Origin: Octopus bimaculoides
Lineage: Eukaryota
Reading direction: 5' to 3'
NCBI RefSeq assembly: GCF_001194135.2
Contig: NC_068981.1
Location: 56,334,231-56,398,230 of the forward strand
DNA length: 64,000 nucleotides
Positions within the stretch are counted from its first letter, which is position 1; each line of letters starts with the position of its first letter. A model generated the notes under the pieces. It was not told the DNA's origin and searched no databases. It saw only the letters and a program-made list of their open reading frames with translations. A program made the translations under genes and the position numbers. Below, piece after piece: positions 1 to 12,655 of this stretch.

Positions 1-296
1 GCAGTTAGGTTTCGTTTTAGACATATATCATTATCAACATCAATATCATAATCAATGTCAATATATATAACCTCTGAACTCTATACGTGTTTACATTCTC
101 TCTGTGTTTATTTCCTCTTATTCATTTCTGCTCTTCGTCTTTTGTTTTTCTATAAATTTCAACTATATATNNNNNNNNNNNNNNNNNNNNNNNNNNNNNN
201 NNNNNNNNNNNNNNNNNNNNATATATATATATATATATATATAAGTGTGTGTTCTTTTGTGCGTGTATGCATGTATGTATATATATGTATTTTAAC

Positions 297-470
297 TGGG
301 TGAGTTGGTAGAATCATTAGCACGCCGTACAAAATACTTTCTGGCATTCTGTATGTCTCTACCTTCTCAGATCAAATTCCGCTGAGGTCGACTTTGCCTT
401 TCATCCTTTCGTGGTCGATAAAATAAGTACCAGTTGAACATTGATGGTCAATGTAATCGACTTACATTGT
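297..470 (+). mobile_element. SINE copy (abundant family with gtcgactttgcctttcatcc...gataaaataagtaccagt core)
   Basis: The same core recurs at 21150-21350 (+), 37860-38292 (-, two copies), 39270-39390 (-), 52330-52546 (-) and 60660-60810 (-, decayed). Confidence 0.8.
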
Positions 471-485
471 CCATTTAGTAGAAAG

Positions 486-592
486 GATTATTATTATTAT
501 CATTATTGAGTGAGACACCAGTGCATGCCATTAAAGTGACACTGGGGTATTGGGCAGCATATTTGCTGTAGCCCATCTTTTATATCATGACT
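486..592 (-). mobile_element. Internally deleted copy of the (TAA)n-tailed element found at 38581-39214
   Basis: 508-549 matches the reverse complement of about 39110-39151, and 550-591 matches the reverse complement of about 38658-38700. It is flanked by TTA/TAA repeats. Confidence 0.75.
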
Positions 593-636
593 TTTATTAT
601 TATAATAATAATAATAATAATTATTATTATTATTAT

Positions 637-2191
637 AGACGTCACACAGTATACGGTATCGTGAGGTTGTTGATCGAAGATATTGTGTCAACTGGCGATT
701 TGTATTGTTTGTCAAGTCACAATAAGAACCTCGGACAGACAGTACTTTACGCAATATCCGTGCTGTTCCAAGTAATGCCGATTTTTGCTATACACCTAGA
801 TTGTAAGGTATTTCTAAAGTTTGCAGATATTTTTTCAGGTTGGGTGGTATTGAATACACTGCTCCGATGACAATAAGGATAACCTTTATGTTTGACTCGC
901 GAAGCTGCCACATCTTAGCGATCTCAATTTTCAGGTCTCCATATTTATCAATCTTTTTCTCTTTCTTTCATGACAATATGTTGATCTCCTGGCATTGCCA
1001 CGTCAATTATTGGGCACGCTTGCTTGTCCCTCCTAAAGATTACTGTATCTGGCCTTCGGAGCTCTAACATCTTGTGTGTCTGAAAGTCAAAGTCCCAGAA
1101 AATTTTGGCCTTCGCTGTTCATCCATTACCTTTTCTGATATATGTTGGTACCAAGCACCCCTAACCTCATACCCATACTTCCGGCATAGCAGCCAGGGGA
1201 AATTTTCACAAGCACTAACAATGTGAGCCACGCTTTCGGCCCTCTTCTCACACATTTTGCAGAGGCCCGTTGTACTTGTGTGGTATATATTCATTTTCAC
1301 TGAGTTGGTATTCAATGTGTGGTCCTGGGCAGCGATGTTAGGCTTTCAGTTTGCTTTTTTAGGTCACCCTTGTTAAGTCACCTCCATGATGTTGGTTTCA
1401 CAGTGGAACCGACCATGTAATTCTATACAGAGTAGGATTTCTTCTCTCTCGTTGACTGTTCGTGATCGGAATTCCTGAGCACTGTCAAGTCCATTTTTGT
1501 TAAAGCCTTCTGCATCAGCAGCATACTATAGCAGGTCTTGTTTGCTGTTTACCAAATATTCTGCCATGTTTCTTCTTTCACTGTTGATGCACTCCCGTAC
1601 GCTAATCAGCTCACGTCCACCTTTACACCCCTTCATGTAGAGCTTGTCTATATTCGCCTTAGGGTGGAGGGCGCCATACATCGTCATTGTCTTTCGGGTG
1701 GTGCGATCATGTTGTTTAATCTCCGCTTGTACCCATTTCAGGATGAGTGCTCTATAGCGGACAACAGCAACTGCCCATATGTTGATGGCAGTCACAAGGT
1801 TCCTTGAGTTGAATTTTGAATTCAAGAGAAGTTTAAATCGCTTGAAATATGCGGTAATGACCTTGTTTTTCATTTCTTTATGCAAAATTTTGTTCATCTC
1901 CAGGATCCCAAGGTACTTATACCCATCATCACCCGGGTCTTCCATTCTCTGTCCGTTTGGCAATGCTATGCCCCTACAATTTACTCTTTTTCCCCGCTTC
2001 AAAGTAAGCACCGCACACTTCGAGATACCGAATTCCATCCTTATATCCTTGCTAATCATTTGTATTTCAACTAGCCTCTCCATTTCAGGCTCTATTTTTG
2101 CGAACAGTTTTAAATCATCCACGAAGGGAAGGTGGTTGAGACGAGCTCCTTTCTTTCTCAGCTCATAGAGCGTGTTGACTTTGCGTAGGAC
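637..2191 (-). mobile_element. 5'-truncated, frameshifted RLE-type non-LTR retrotransposon (R4/Dong-like): RT C-terminal half, CCHC knuckle, restriction-like endonuclease, 3' UTR
   Basis: Peptides: LNHLPFVDDLKLFAK (RT catalytic motif), GYKYLGILE, HPKANIDKLYMKGCKGGRELI, CKMCEKRAESVAHIVSAC (knuckle), then an RPD..D..K-type endonuclease region ending at LRKVLSV*. (TAA)n flanks both sides. Confidence 0.9.
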
Positions 2192-2863
2192 TTATTATTA
2201 TTATTATTATTATTATTATGATTTCTAGTGGGGCGAGTCAAGGTAAACAAACACAATATGCACATTAGAGGTTACAAAATCCACATTGCATGGAAGAACA
2301 AATTAAAGACAGTCCTAAACAGGATATATATTGTAATCTATCGCTTGATCCTATGACCGGACATCTTTTTTTGTTGAGTGAATCACGTTGCATCATTGTC
2401 CATCTAAAACTGAAAGGATTGCAATAACGCATAGTTTTTCGATCAGATTTCAGATCACTACGTTCGACTTTGATCGTCCATGAATCCTTAAACGAGACAC
2501 TTGTAAACAGGATGATGGTGCAATAACGCGTCCGGCGAGATCTCCCGGCACGACAATCTGTGATTTCTTTCTTTGGCGATTCGTCAAATACCTTGAGTAG
2601 GATACACGAACGACATTGATGGTTTAAAACATAAATCACAGCTGCTTTAAATAAACTACTGTGGGTTCAGTGTAGCATGCATTGCAGCATTGCGTGTAGA
2701 AAATAGATGTTTCATGAACCGATAATAGCGCACAGATTGAATGTTTGCAACATTGTATTTTGACAGAAAAAGTTTCGATATTACAGATTCTAAATAACTT
2801 TATTTAATCTTCTCAGTATATCATTATTAAAAGATAACACTGTATATTAGTGTATTGGTGTGC

Positions 2864-3185
<322 letters not shown>

Positions 3186-5169
3186 GCGTGTGTGAAAATA
3201 TCCTTGTTCATACAAGGAAGAGATATTTACATTAATAATTTTAATATTTTGAGAATCTGAGAAACTGGATTAATGGAAAAGGTAAAAAAATGGTGAGAGA
3301 AAAATTTGTTTGTGAGTACGTGTGAGTTTGTGTATGTGTGAGTGTGTGTGTGTGCATGTGCATGCATCTATGTGTGCATGGTTGTGCTTGTATTATACAT
3401 ACATACATACATACATACAAACATACATAGACACATGCATATACATAGAAACACCTATATACACTCACATGTATATGAAGAGGGTGAATGAGAGAGAGAA
3501 TATGAGAAGGTTGTTACTGAATTAGAGCGCAAGTGTGTGAAAAGAAGAGGGAAAGAAAGATTGGGAGTGGTTGAAAAGGTTTGATTGTCGTTTAATTAGC
3601 TATATAAGATGTGTTGAAAGACGAGAGTGTCTATATTGCCACGTAGTTGTAATTAAACATGCTTATATTTTTTTCTTTCAATTAAATTACATCAGAAATG
3701 GATGATGTCAAAAATATAAGCCAACGCCAGCTAATGATGCTTTTTTCCTTCGTTTAAATTAATCGAAAGTAGCAAATCAATTAATATAAAAACCAGACAG
3801 ATAAACATTTAATTCGTTGATTAATAACGAAAACATATAATCTGTTTATTAAAAGCTCTTAAATATCTATTTATTTATTCATATCTTTCTAACTTCTTTA
3901 ATTTTTTTTGAAAGGAAATCACTCTGTAATGTAAAATCATAATATGATCTAAAAGTATAAATTCGACATTTTAGACAAGAAATATTTATCAGTTCGTGAT
4001 CAAGAAAGGCAAGGTGTGGGGCTGACTTAGCAACGTTCATGTATTAGAAAACGTATTAGTGACGAAAGCACATAACACAATCGTTTCTTTATGAGACCAA
4101 GATATGATGGTTTCTTTAGTGGAAGAGGGAAAATGAAGCTGTCACATAAATGCCTTTCTTAAATGCATTAGCACCGTATGGGAAGAGAACGGACTTCGCT
4201 GTATAACTAAAAGTAAGTTGTAGACAGCACTCGTCTTGGGGTTACCTATTTTTCTATGATACCAACTTGTAGGTTTTCTTTATCTCCAGACTAGCCCTGA
4301 CTAACAAGACATGCGAGTATCGGCAGTCTGACCGTGACCAACCCATCTATTTTTCACATCAAAGACTACATTGCCTATTGAATTCACTTTCGTTTTATTG
4401 AATTTTAAGATGGTATGGAGAGATTTGAGGCAAATTTAGCTGTTATTTATAGCAGATCGGAGATCTACAAAGGGAATACCTCAGTAAGAAAAACGCAGTG
4501 CTTTTTCAAAGAACAAGAACCTATGAGCAAACAAGACAGCCTTTACCTGGTCGTTCGAGTTGCTAAACATAGTAACCAAATCAGTTATATCCTATCAAAT
4601 CTAAAAAGCAAGGACAAAATGGATAAAAATATGCGTTAGCCTCGGCTACAATGTCCCTAACCAAAGCTCTGTTTGGTCAGGACTAACCTAGGGCAAAACA
4701 GTTGCAAGAACAGAGCGTTAGGTACTATAGATTCTTAAGAAAAGAATAAGTACCACAAGTCGACATTAATCTCATTCTAAATTATGGGGCATTGGATTGA
4801 ATGAAAACACCAATGAAAATAAAAAAGAATGCTATATAAACGTCATGGCTTTATAGAGAGTCGAGTTGCCAAAGCCCATTTCAAATTCTTGCAGAATCAT
4901 TTTTATTTACTCAATGTACAATTCTCTTTTGAAGGTCTGAAAAAAAGTATGGCATAATTTCGGGCTGATGTGCCATTGGCCCGCTATATGAAGATGAAGT
5001 CTTTTGTAGTGCGCGGATCATTTAAATAAAGTAAACGGGTGGCAGCATTTTTTTTCAGATGGATGTATTATTTAAGGAAACAATAAATATAACATACGGA
5101 ACACCTCTTCCCCCCCCTCTCTCTCTATTTTCTCTCCCTGTATGAACGTATGCATGTACGAATGGATGG

Positions 5170-5212
<43 letters not shown>

Positions 5213-5238
5213 TATATATATATATATTTATACCCGTG

Positions 5239-5290
<52 letters not shown>

Positions 5291-5877
5291 CTTATAACAC
5301 AGACACACACACATACACTCGTACACACACACACACACACACACGTGTACATAGGTATTATTATGTTTATGCATTTCTTTTTATTTACGATAACTTGCGG
5401 AAAAAGAATGATAAATCATTTTTTATCTATTCATCTAATAAAGAATATTGAATTTTTTCGGACATAAATATAAAGAAAAGATAGTAAGAAGATAGAGAAA
5501 ATATGGAGAAAAAAAAATTCTATTAATCGGCAAAAACTCTCAAAAGTCTACTCTAGCGAGAAAGTTTCTTTGAAATAAATTGCTTTATAATATTCGGCAG
5601 TAACTGCAATAGAAAGTAAACATATTTGTATGTGCCAGAAAAGACAAGACTGCAAGTGAAAATAGCTTTATGTATAAGTTAGTTAATCAAATCTATTACA
5701 AATAAGGCCAATTATATTGTGTGTGTCTGTGTGTGTGTGTGTGTGTGTCTGTAACGTGCAGATAGACTTATTCAAATATTCATATACATATGTTTACATG
5801 GTTTATATTTATATGTTTATGTCGGCGTTATGTACAAGCATACTCACACACGTATGTTTGTATAAATGTGCGTATCG

Positions 5878-5928
<51 letters not shown>

Positions 5929-6599
5929 TTGTGTGTGTGTGTATGTTTATGTGCATAATGTGTTTGCGTTTATTGAGTTACCAAGGGAGGCGGAAATATT
6001 TGGATGTTTTTGATGATGTCTTAAACAGAATTATGGTGGTAATGCTCTTCGGAGTCAAATATACAAATGACAAGGTACGTTGTTCTTTGACATTTGAAAA
6101 CTTTGAAAAGGTCATAGCCGCTCCAAGCAGCGAAAAACATAGGGGAATCAAACTTGTGTCACTATAAATATTCGCTTCATCTAGTCGATAAATACTGTTA
6201 AATGCATACTTTCTAAATACTCTCGATTATATACACACATGTATATGTGTAATAACTTATAGTTGTTCACATTTAAACACATGTACGTGAATATATTTGT
6301 GTACAAAGTCTCAGCAAGAATGTACATACACTTTAATTTATCGGCGGTCAAGTAGTTTTCTTATTATATGTTGTGAGGTGACGATTACTGTAGATACAGC
6401 GGTAAGTTCCATGTGAAACGAAATAATCGATCAGGATTCGATACTCGTTTGGTAGCAAAATTTATTTCACTTACGTCACTTATGTCACGAACGTTCTATA
6501 TAATCATCATATGAACAACATACGATCAAACTTTCCTATCGGAGAGATGTTTGGCCCTGTAACTAAGTCCGAAGTCAGCATATATATATATATTATGAC

Positions 6600-6669
<70 letters not shown>

Positions 6670-6677
<8 letters not shown>

Positions 6678-7920
6678 CGGTCCAGAAGTCGTTTAAATCA
6701 CCCCCTTGTTCGGGTTCTTTCTCAAGAGGAACGCAACTAACTCGCCTCTTTTTGGAAGACTGGAAATTCTCCTCCTGTGCTTCCATTTGTAGTAGACATC
6801 TGCAAGAAATCCGGAACAGGTCTGGCTTATGGTCTTGTATTGCCATTCATCGCTTCCCGTATTTCACTAGCTGTCATCAACCTTTCGCAGAACGCGACAT
6901 CTCTACCCGAGAGCGGTAGCAAGCTGTCGTGGTAGGTTTAAAGTCCCCCTCCATCTTCGCTTCACCGTCCGTCCGAAACAGTTGAATGAAGTGCTATTGA
7001 GAAACCTCACTCATCTGCTTGGAATCGAGTAGCAGTCATCGATCCCGATTTGTCAAAGACCAACTTGTGATTTTACAGCCTCGATGTGCTACCACCAACT
7101 GGGTTCATCGAACAGCTTTCTTCCCCTCATTTTTACAAACACGCACACCAGCTCTGACAGCAAAATCTTTGTGCTTACCGTAGAAGAATCCGTCAAGGGC
7201 CAACCTCACCGCAAGCGCATCAGTCGCAGTGCCTTTATTAAGTTTCTCTTGCAAGTTACAAGATAGCCCTCCTATTCTAGAATTCGCCTTCATTATCCTC
7301 TCACTAAACCTTATCGATTCCACTCTAATAGCCCATTTCGTTGGTTGTTGACGGTTGTTCCTGACAATTCCCTTGTAACTAGCCCTATAATCAGGTTTTT
7401 GTAAATTTAGCGCGCAGTGGGAGATGGTGTTGCTGATGCTGTGTGATGTAGGAATAACTTTTTGTTCTTTTTTGCCGGAAGACCGTAAAACCTTTTGGTA
7501 GTTAGTACTTCTACAAATGTAACATCTGGCCTTCTTGCCTTCGACCATAACTCCTAGGTCTCCATTCTCTAGGTGAAAGTATTCGGGGACTAATATGATA
7601 TATTATGAAGTGAGTAAAATCTGCACTTCTCCTTTTGTGCGGGTTGTTCTCGTATTAATGACCTCCTAGTACTCCACGTAGGTCATTCTAAAGTATTTAA
7701 TGTTTATTTCAGGTCACATCGCTTAATGCGACCTTACTTACTTGTTTCCTTGAACAAGAGGGTAAGAATATATACTCCACACAGGTGCAATTGCGTGCGG
7801 CTACTTTTATTGCCTATTCTTCGTTATGGCAAGATGCTACCACTGTTGTCTTCCTCTTCAAACATAGCGAATTGAACTCACAAGCCCTTCACGTGCCTCT
7901 TTGTTTATGCTAGTGGAGAG
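6670..7920 (-). mobile_element. Tx1/L1-like LINE fragment: decayed ORF1 with knuckle, ORF2 linker and start of RT; APE domain absent
   Basis: KARCYICRSTNY (gag knuckle); RLALDGFFYGKHKDFAVRAGVRVCKNEG (linker homologous to about 34930-35040); PDLF..FLADVYYKW and LRKNPNKG (RT N-terminal motifs). Confidence 0.75.
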
Positions 7921-8046
7921 CAATTCTTCTACATTTTCTATTTATCAAAAAAAAAAAAAATGCTCTACACCAGCATAAACAGAGAAGTGCGTGAAAGGCT
8001 TGTGGTTCAATACGTTATTTTTTCTTCTACATTTTCTGTTTACAGA

Positions 8047-8335
8047 AGGCACATAGCTCAGCGGTTAGAACATCGGGCTCACAATCATGAGGTAGTGAAT
8101 TCGATTCCCGGACCGGACTGTGTGTTGTGTTATTGAGTAAAACACTTTATTTCACGTTGCTCCAGTTCACTCAGCTGTAGAAATGAGTTGCGATGTCACT
8201 GGTGTCAAGTCGTATCGGCCTTTGCTTTTCGCTTTGATAACATCGGTGGTATTGAGTGGGGAGGTTGGTGTGCATGGGTGACTGGTGGTCTTCCATAAAC
8301 AACCTTTCCCAGACTTGTGCCTCATGACCGAAGTG
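8047..8335 (+). mobile_element. tRNA-derived SINE with CORE/Meta-like central domain
   Basis: A box tagctcagcgg and B box ttcgattcc, followed by ttgagtaaaacactttatttcacgttgctccagttcactcagctgtagaaatgag. There is no acceptor-stem 3' half. Confidence 0.8.
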
Positions 8336-10529
8336 GATCCTTGTTTTTTTTTCTTTTCTGTTTTGACACCTATAAGCAATAGTTCTAATTCTCTTTTCTA
8401 CTCCTTTCGATGTACAACTAGCTTCGGCTCCATGTTGTCAGCCACGTGATTCAATCCAGGTCTGCATTACATTAGCAAATGCATCTTTTTTGTGTTTATG
8501 GTAACAGATGAGTTGCTGTTGTTATTAGTGATGTTTTTTTTCTGTTGTTGCTGTTATTGTTGCTCTTGTTTTTCTCCTCGTTGTTATAGGGGATGACATC
8601 AGTCTTGTTAATTTTGTTTTCGCAGTTGGTTTTGTTGTGGCTGGTGTTATTTGTGTTAATGTTTTTCATGTTAAAGCTTAGGAAGAGACACAGTGGGTGT
8701 CTTCATAGGCTTGGCTTCAGCAGTTATTATGTCACATTCATTATTAGCAGATGTGGCAGTTGGTTTGTTCAAAGATATAGAAGGAGGGAATATAAATCAT
8801 TCTCCTAAACTCAGTGCTTTAATTCTACATTCGCCGTTCTAGAAATGTATCCAAAATAATGCGAAGATTTTTTTGTTTTTGGAAAGACTAAAACAGTCCT
8901 TTCCGAGCTTGAAAAGTGAGAGCGACTATTTCAACAATTGCTCAGTTACTCGTAGGAAACAAATTTTGACGGCCTAGTTGTAAAAGTTAAGAGAATTTCC
9001 GAAGAGGACACTCAGCATAAACTCAGCGTGGATTTCACGTGCACTGCCATTTAAAAAACTCCCTCAAAATTGCAGTATCCGTGCATACTGCACGGTTTCA
9101 CACTTTTATTTTGTAGGTCACTATTTTGTTTCATTGAGTTCATGTTTTTATGACAATGAAGTAGACAACGAATTACGTTTATGGAAAATTAGGAGTAAGT
9201 TATAGTGTGTAACAATATCATAAATTCTGGATTTCTCTAATAGTAAGGTGATCTATTGTTCAATTCTGCTATTCAACTTGAAACTGGAATTAGTCAACCT
9301 TCAACTATGCATGACTAAATGTTTAACAAGATTTTCTGTTGTGTAAATGAGACTTAGGCATCTCTCTATGCAATGGCGATGACAGTAGAAATCTTACATT
9401 GTCACCTTATTTCGAACACAAGCTCCTCATTCTTCAACATGTCGCATAGCCTTGTGTCACTCAAGTGCAACACTGATGCAAATTCCTTGGGTGAATTACA
9501 ATGCTGCTATTTTCTGGACGGGTTCTATTTTCACCAATAAATTACAGGGGCGATTTCATTACTTATGAGAAAATTGCACCGCTTGATATCAGAGTGTCGT
9601 ATGAGGAGTAGGTTATAATTATGGCAATTGTATTTTCTCTGAGTGCATGCGTCTTTGGTTCAAACTCTACCAAGCGTATATTTGTGTAAATTTATGACTT
9701 TTTGTATTTACCGTATATGATAAACACTTTGAATTATGAGGGGGTTTCTTTTGTAAAGCTTCCTTAACATCATTAATTTCATTGGTCATGAGTTGAATCA
9801 TCATTTCCTGAGGATACAATGTGTTCTTTCGACTTCCAAAACAATAAATTCCCCCAAATCGAAAATTTGAAACAAAAGGAAAAAGAATGATACGAAACAA
9901 GAAAGATAACTAGATACTGAAATACCTCCATATCCTACTATCTTCTCATGAAAGTAAAACTGTTTCTCCTGTCAAAAGTGACGGTGAATGCATTTTCTTT
10001 CTAAGTATAATCAATGATAATGACTTGTCAACGGCATTAGCACAAATTAAATATTAAATATAAGTCGTATAGTACAGTAATTATATAAAATTTTATAAAT
10101 AATGAATCAGTAATATTTTACACAGTATAAAACATTTTGATAATATAAAAATAGCTTCGAATAGTTAAACTTATATGAAATTGAGAAGTGTTATTGAAAA
10201 TGCTTCCCTTAATTTCTTATGTATTTAATTTTGAACTTATCTGTAAGCTTGTACTTTTCTAGTTTTATGGTATATATATANNNNNNNNNNNNNNNNNNNN
10301 NNNNNNNNNNNNNNNNNNNNNNNNNNNNNNNNNNNNNNNNNNNNNNNNNNNNNNNNNNNNNNNNNNNNNNNNNNNNNNNNNNNNNNNNNNNNNNNNNNNN
10401 NNNNNNNNNNNNNNNNNNNNNNNNNNNNNNNNNNNNNNNNNNNNNNNNNNNNNNNNNNNNNNNNNNNNNNNNNNNNNNNNNNNNNNNNNTGTATATATAT
10501 ATATAGATAGATAGATACATGTATATATA

Positions 10530-10926
10530 TTCTTTTATTTTTTTAACTTGTTTCAGTCATTTGACTGCAGCCATGCTGGACCACCGCCTTAAAGTGTCCT
10601 TTAGTCAGAGAATGGTACGGAGACGTAAACACACCAACACCAATTGTTAAGCGATGGTGTGTGTGTGCGTGTGTGTGTGTGTGTGTGAAACAAACACAGA
10701 TACAAGGACACACATACATACATACATACATACATAATACATACATATGAATATATATATATTTATGTGTGTATGTCCTTGTATCTGTGTTTGTCCCCCA
10801 CACACACAACATCGCTTAACAATCGGTGTTGGTGTGTTTACGTCCCCGTACCATTCTCTGACTAAAAGACTCTTTAAGGCGATGCTCCAGCATGGCGGCA
10901 GTCAACTGATTGAAACAAATAAAAAG
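10530..10926. repeat. Inverted pair (palindrome) of SINE 3' halves
   Basis: About 10530-10712 is the reverse complement of about 10768-10926, apart from scattered mismatches and an internal microsatellite length difference. The spacer is AT-rich. Confidence 0.9.
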
Positions 10927-10932
10927 ATAAAA

Positions 10933-10973
<41 letters not shown>

Positions 10974-11350
10974 NNNNNNNNNNNNNNNNNNNNNNNNNNN
11001 NNNNNNNNNNNNNNNNNNNNNNNNNNNNNNNNNNNNNNNNNNNNNNNNNNNNNNNNNNNNNNNNNNNNNNNNNNNNNNNNNNNNNNNNNNNNNNNNNNNN
11101 NNNNNNNNNNNNNNNNNNNNNNNNNNNNNNNNNNNNNNNNNNNNNNNNNNNNNNNNNNNNNNNNNNNNNNNNNNNNNNNNNNNNNNNNNNNNNNNNNNNN
11201 NNNNNNNNNNNNNNNNNNNNNNNNNNNNNNNNNNNNNNNNNNNNNNNNNNNNNNNNNNNNNNNNNNNNNNNNNNNNNNNNNNNNNNNNNNNNNNNNNNNN
11301 NNNNNNNNNNNNNNNNNNNNNNNNNNNNNNNNNNNNNNNATATATATATA

Positions 11351-12523
11351 CAGAGGTTGGTCAAAATAACGGAAACACCGAGCATCATAATTTTGAAGTA
11401 TCTATAAAACCATCAAAAGCTTGTTTATTTATTTATTTTTTTTTATTTATTATTAGTGTTGCTTAGTATGTTTTAGATATCATCGGTAAAAGGTAATTGA
11501 AATTCATTAAGATGACAGATCTATTGGAGTTTCAAAGAGGTTAAATTGTTGGTGCTCGTGTGGCAGGCGCTATCTTAACGAAAACAGCCGAAATGTTTGG
11601 TGTATCAAGAACTGGCTCGAAAGTAATGACAGCCTTTGAGAAAGAGAGGAAAAAGGCCTCGTCGAAACAGAACTCTGGAAGAAAACCAAAACTTTCAGAT
11701 AGGGACCGGATTTCATAGGAAGGCTGCAATCAGAAAACCACTACTTTCAAAAATAAATGATGCAAAGCGTGTAGAGTGGAGTAAAAACCTACAAAATTGG
11801 TCCCTACAGCAGTGGAAGAATGTTTTTTTCTCGGACGAGTCATCCGTTACCTTATTTTCGACCACCGACCGAGTATACGAGTGGAGATTTGACCCAGACT
11901 GCCTTCTTCCAGCTGCTAAACATGGAGGAGGATTTGTTATGATCTGGGGCGAGTGGGGGGGACTATATCGTGAAAATCCGCCAGCCCAATGGTTTTCTTT
12001 CATGGCAGAATTAATAGTGAAGATTATTTAAGCATTTTATCTGATCAAATTCATTCTACGGTTGCGAGATTGTTTCCGGAGGGAAACATTATTTTTCAGG
12101 ATAATAATGCACCAATTCACACAGCTAAAGTTGTTACTGAATGGCACGCGGAACATTCTAGTGAAGCTGAACATCTTATCTGGCCACAATAGTCTAAAGA
12201 ACTCAATATTATTGAACATTTATGGTGCATTTTAGAAAAAAAAGTAAGGAGTTGATATCCTCCACCATCATCACTACAAAAACTGGAGACTGTTTTAGCT
12301 GAAGAATGGACAAAAANNNNNNNNNNACCATCATCACTACAAAAACTGGAGACTGTTTTAGCTGAAGAATGGACAAAAATTCCTTTGGAAACAATTCAAA
12401 CTTTGTACGAGTCCATATCTCGTAGAATTCAAGCTGTAATTGCTGCCAAAGGCGGTGCTACCCCATATTAAAATAAATTTGTTCGAAATTTTAAGGTGTT
12501 TCCATTATTTTGTCCAACCCCTG
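11351..12523 (+). mobile_element. Tc1-family DNA transposon with TIRs, TA flanks and a decayed transposase
   Basis: Left TIR CAGAGGTTGGTCAAAATAACGGAAACACC; right TIR (reverse complement) CAGGGGTTGGACAAAATAATGGAAACACC; TA on both sides. Confidence 0.95.
11512..12471 (+). pseudogene. Tc1 transposase pseudogene (stops, frameshifts, internal deletions)
   Basis: MTDLLEFQRG*IVGARVAG..SGRKPKLSDRDR, VFFSDESS, KHGGGFVMIWG, FQDNNAPIH, WPQ*SKELNIIEHLW, RRIQAVIAAKGGATPY*. Confidence 0.92.
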
Positions 12524-12539
12524 TATATATACACACAGA

Positions 12540-12655
12540 CACACGACGAATTTCTTTCAGTTTCCATTTACCAAATCCACTCACAAGGCTTTGGTAGAAT
12601 AGTAGAAGACACTTGCCGAAGGGGCCACGCACTGCGACAGAAACCGGAACCACGC
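12540..12655 (-). mobile_element. SINE 5' half fragment
   Basis: ttctttcagtttccatttaccaaatccactcacaaggctttgg matches the copy at 13480-13640. Confidence 0.75.

Noticed and set aside
2265-2639. 124-aa minus-strand ORF
   Set aside because: No recognisable motif or splice signals.
8047-8120. tRNA-like heads (also 13560-13640, 19960-20035, 47258-47330)
   Set aside because: They have A/B boxes but no complete cloverleaf, and they continue into SINE bodies.
12264-12380. About 52-bp duplication inside the Tc1 transposase
   Set aside because: Identical copies flank an 11-N gap, which is a typical unmerged contig overlap.
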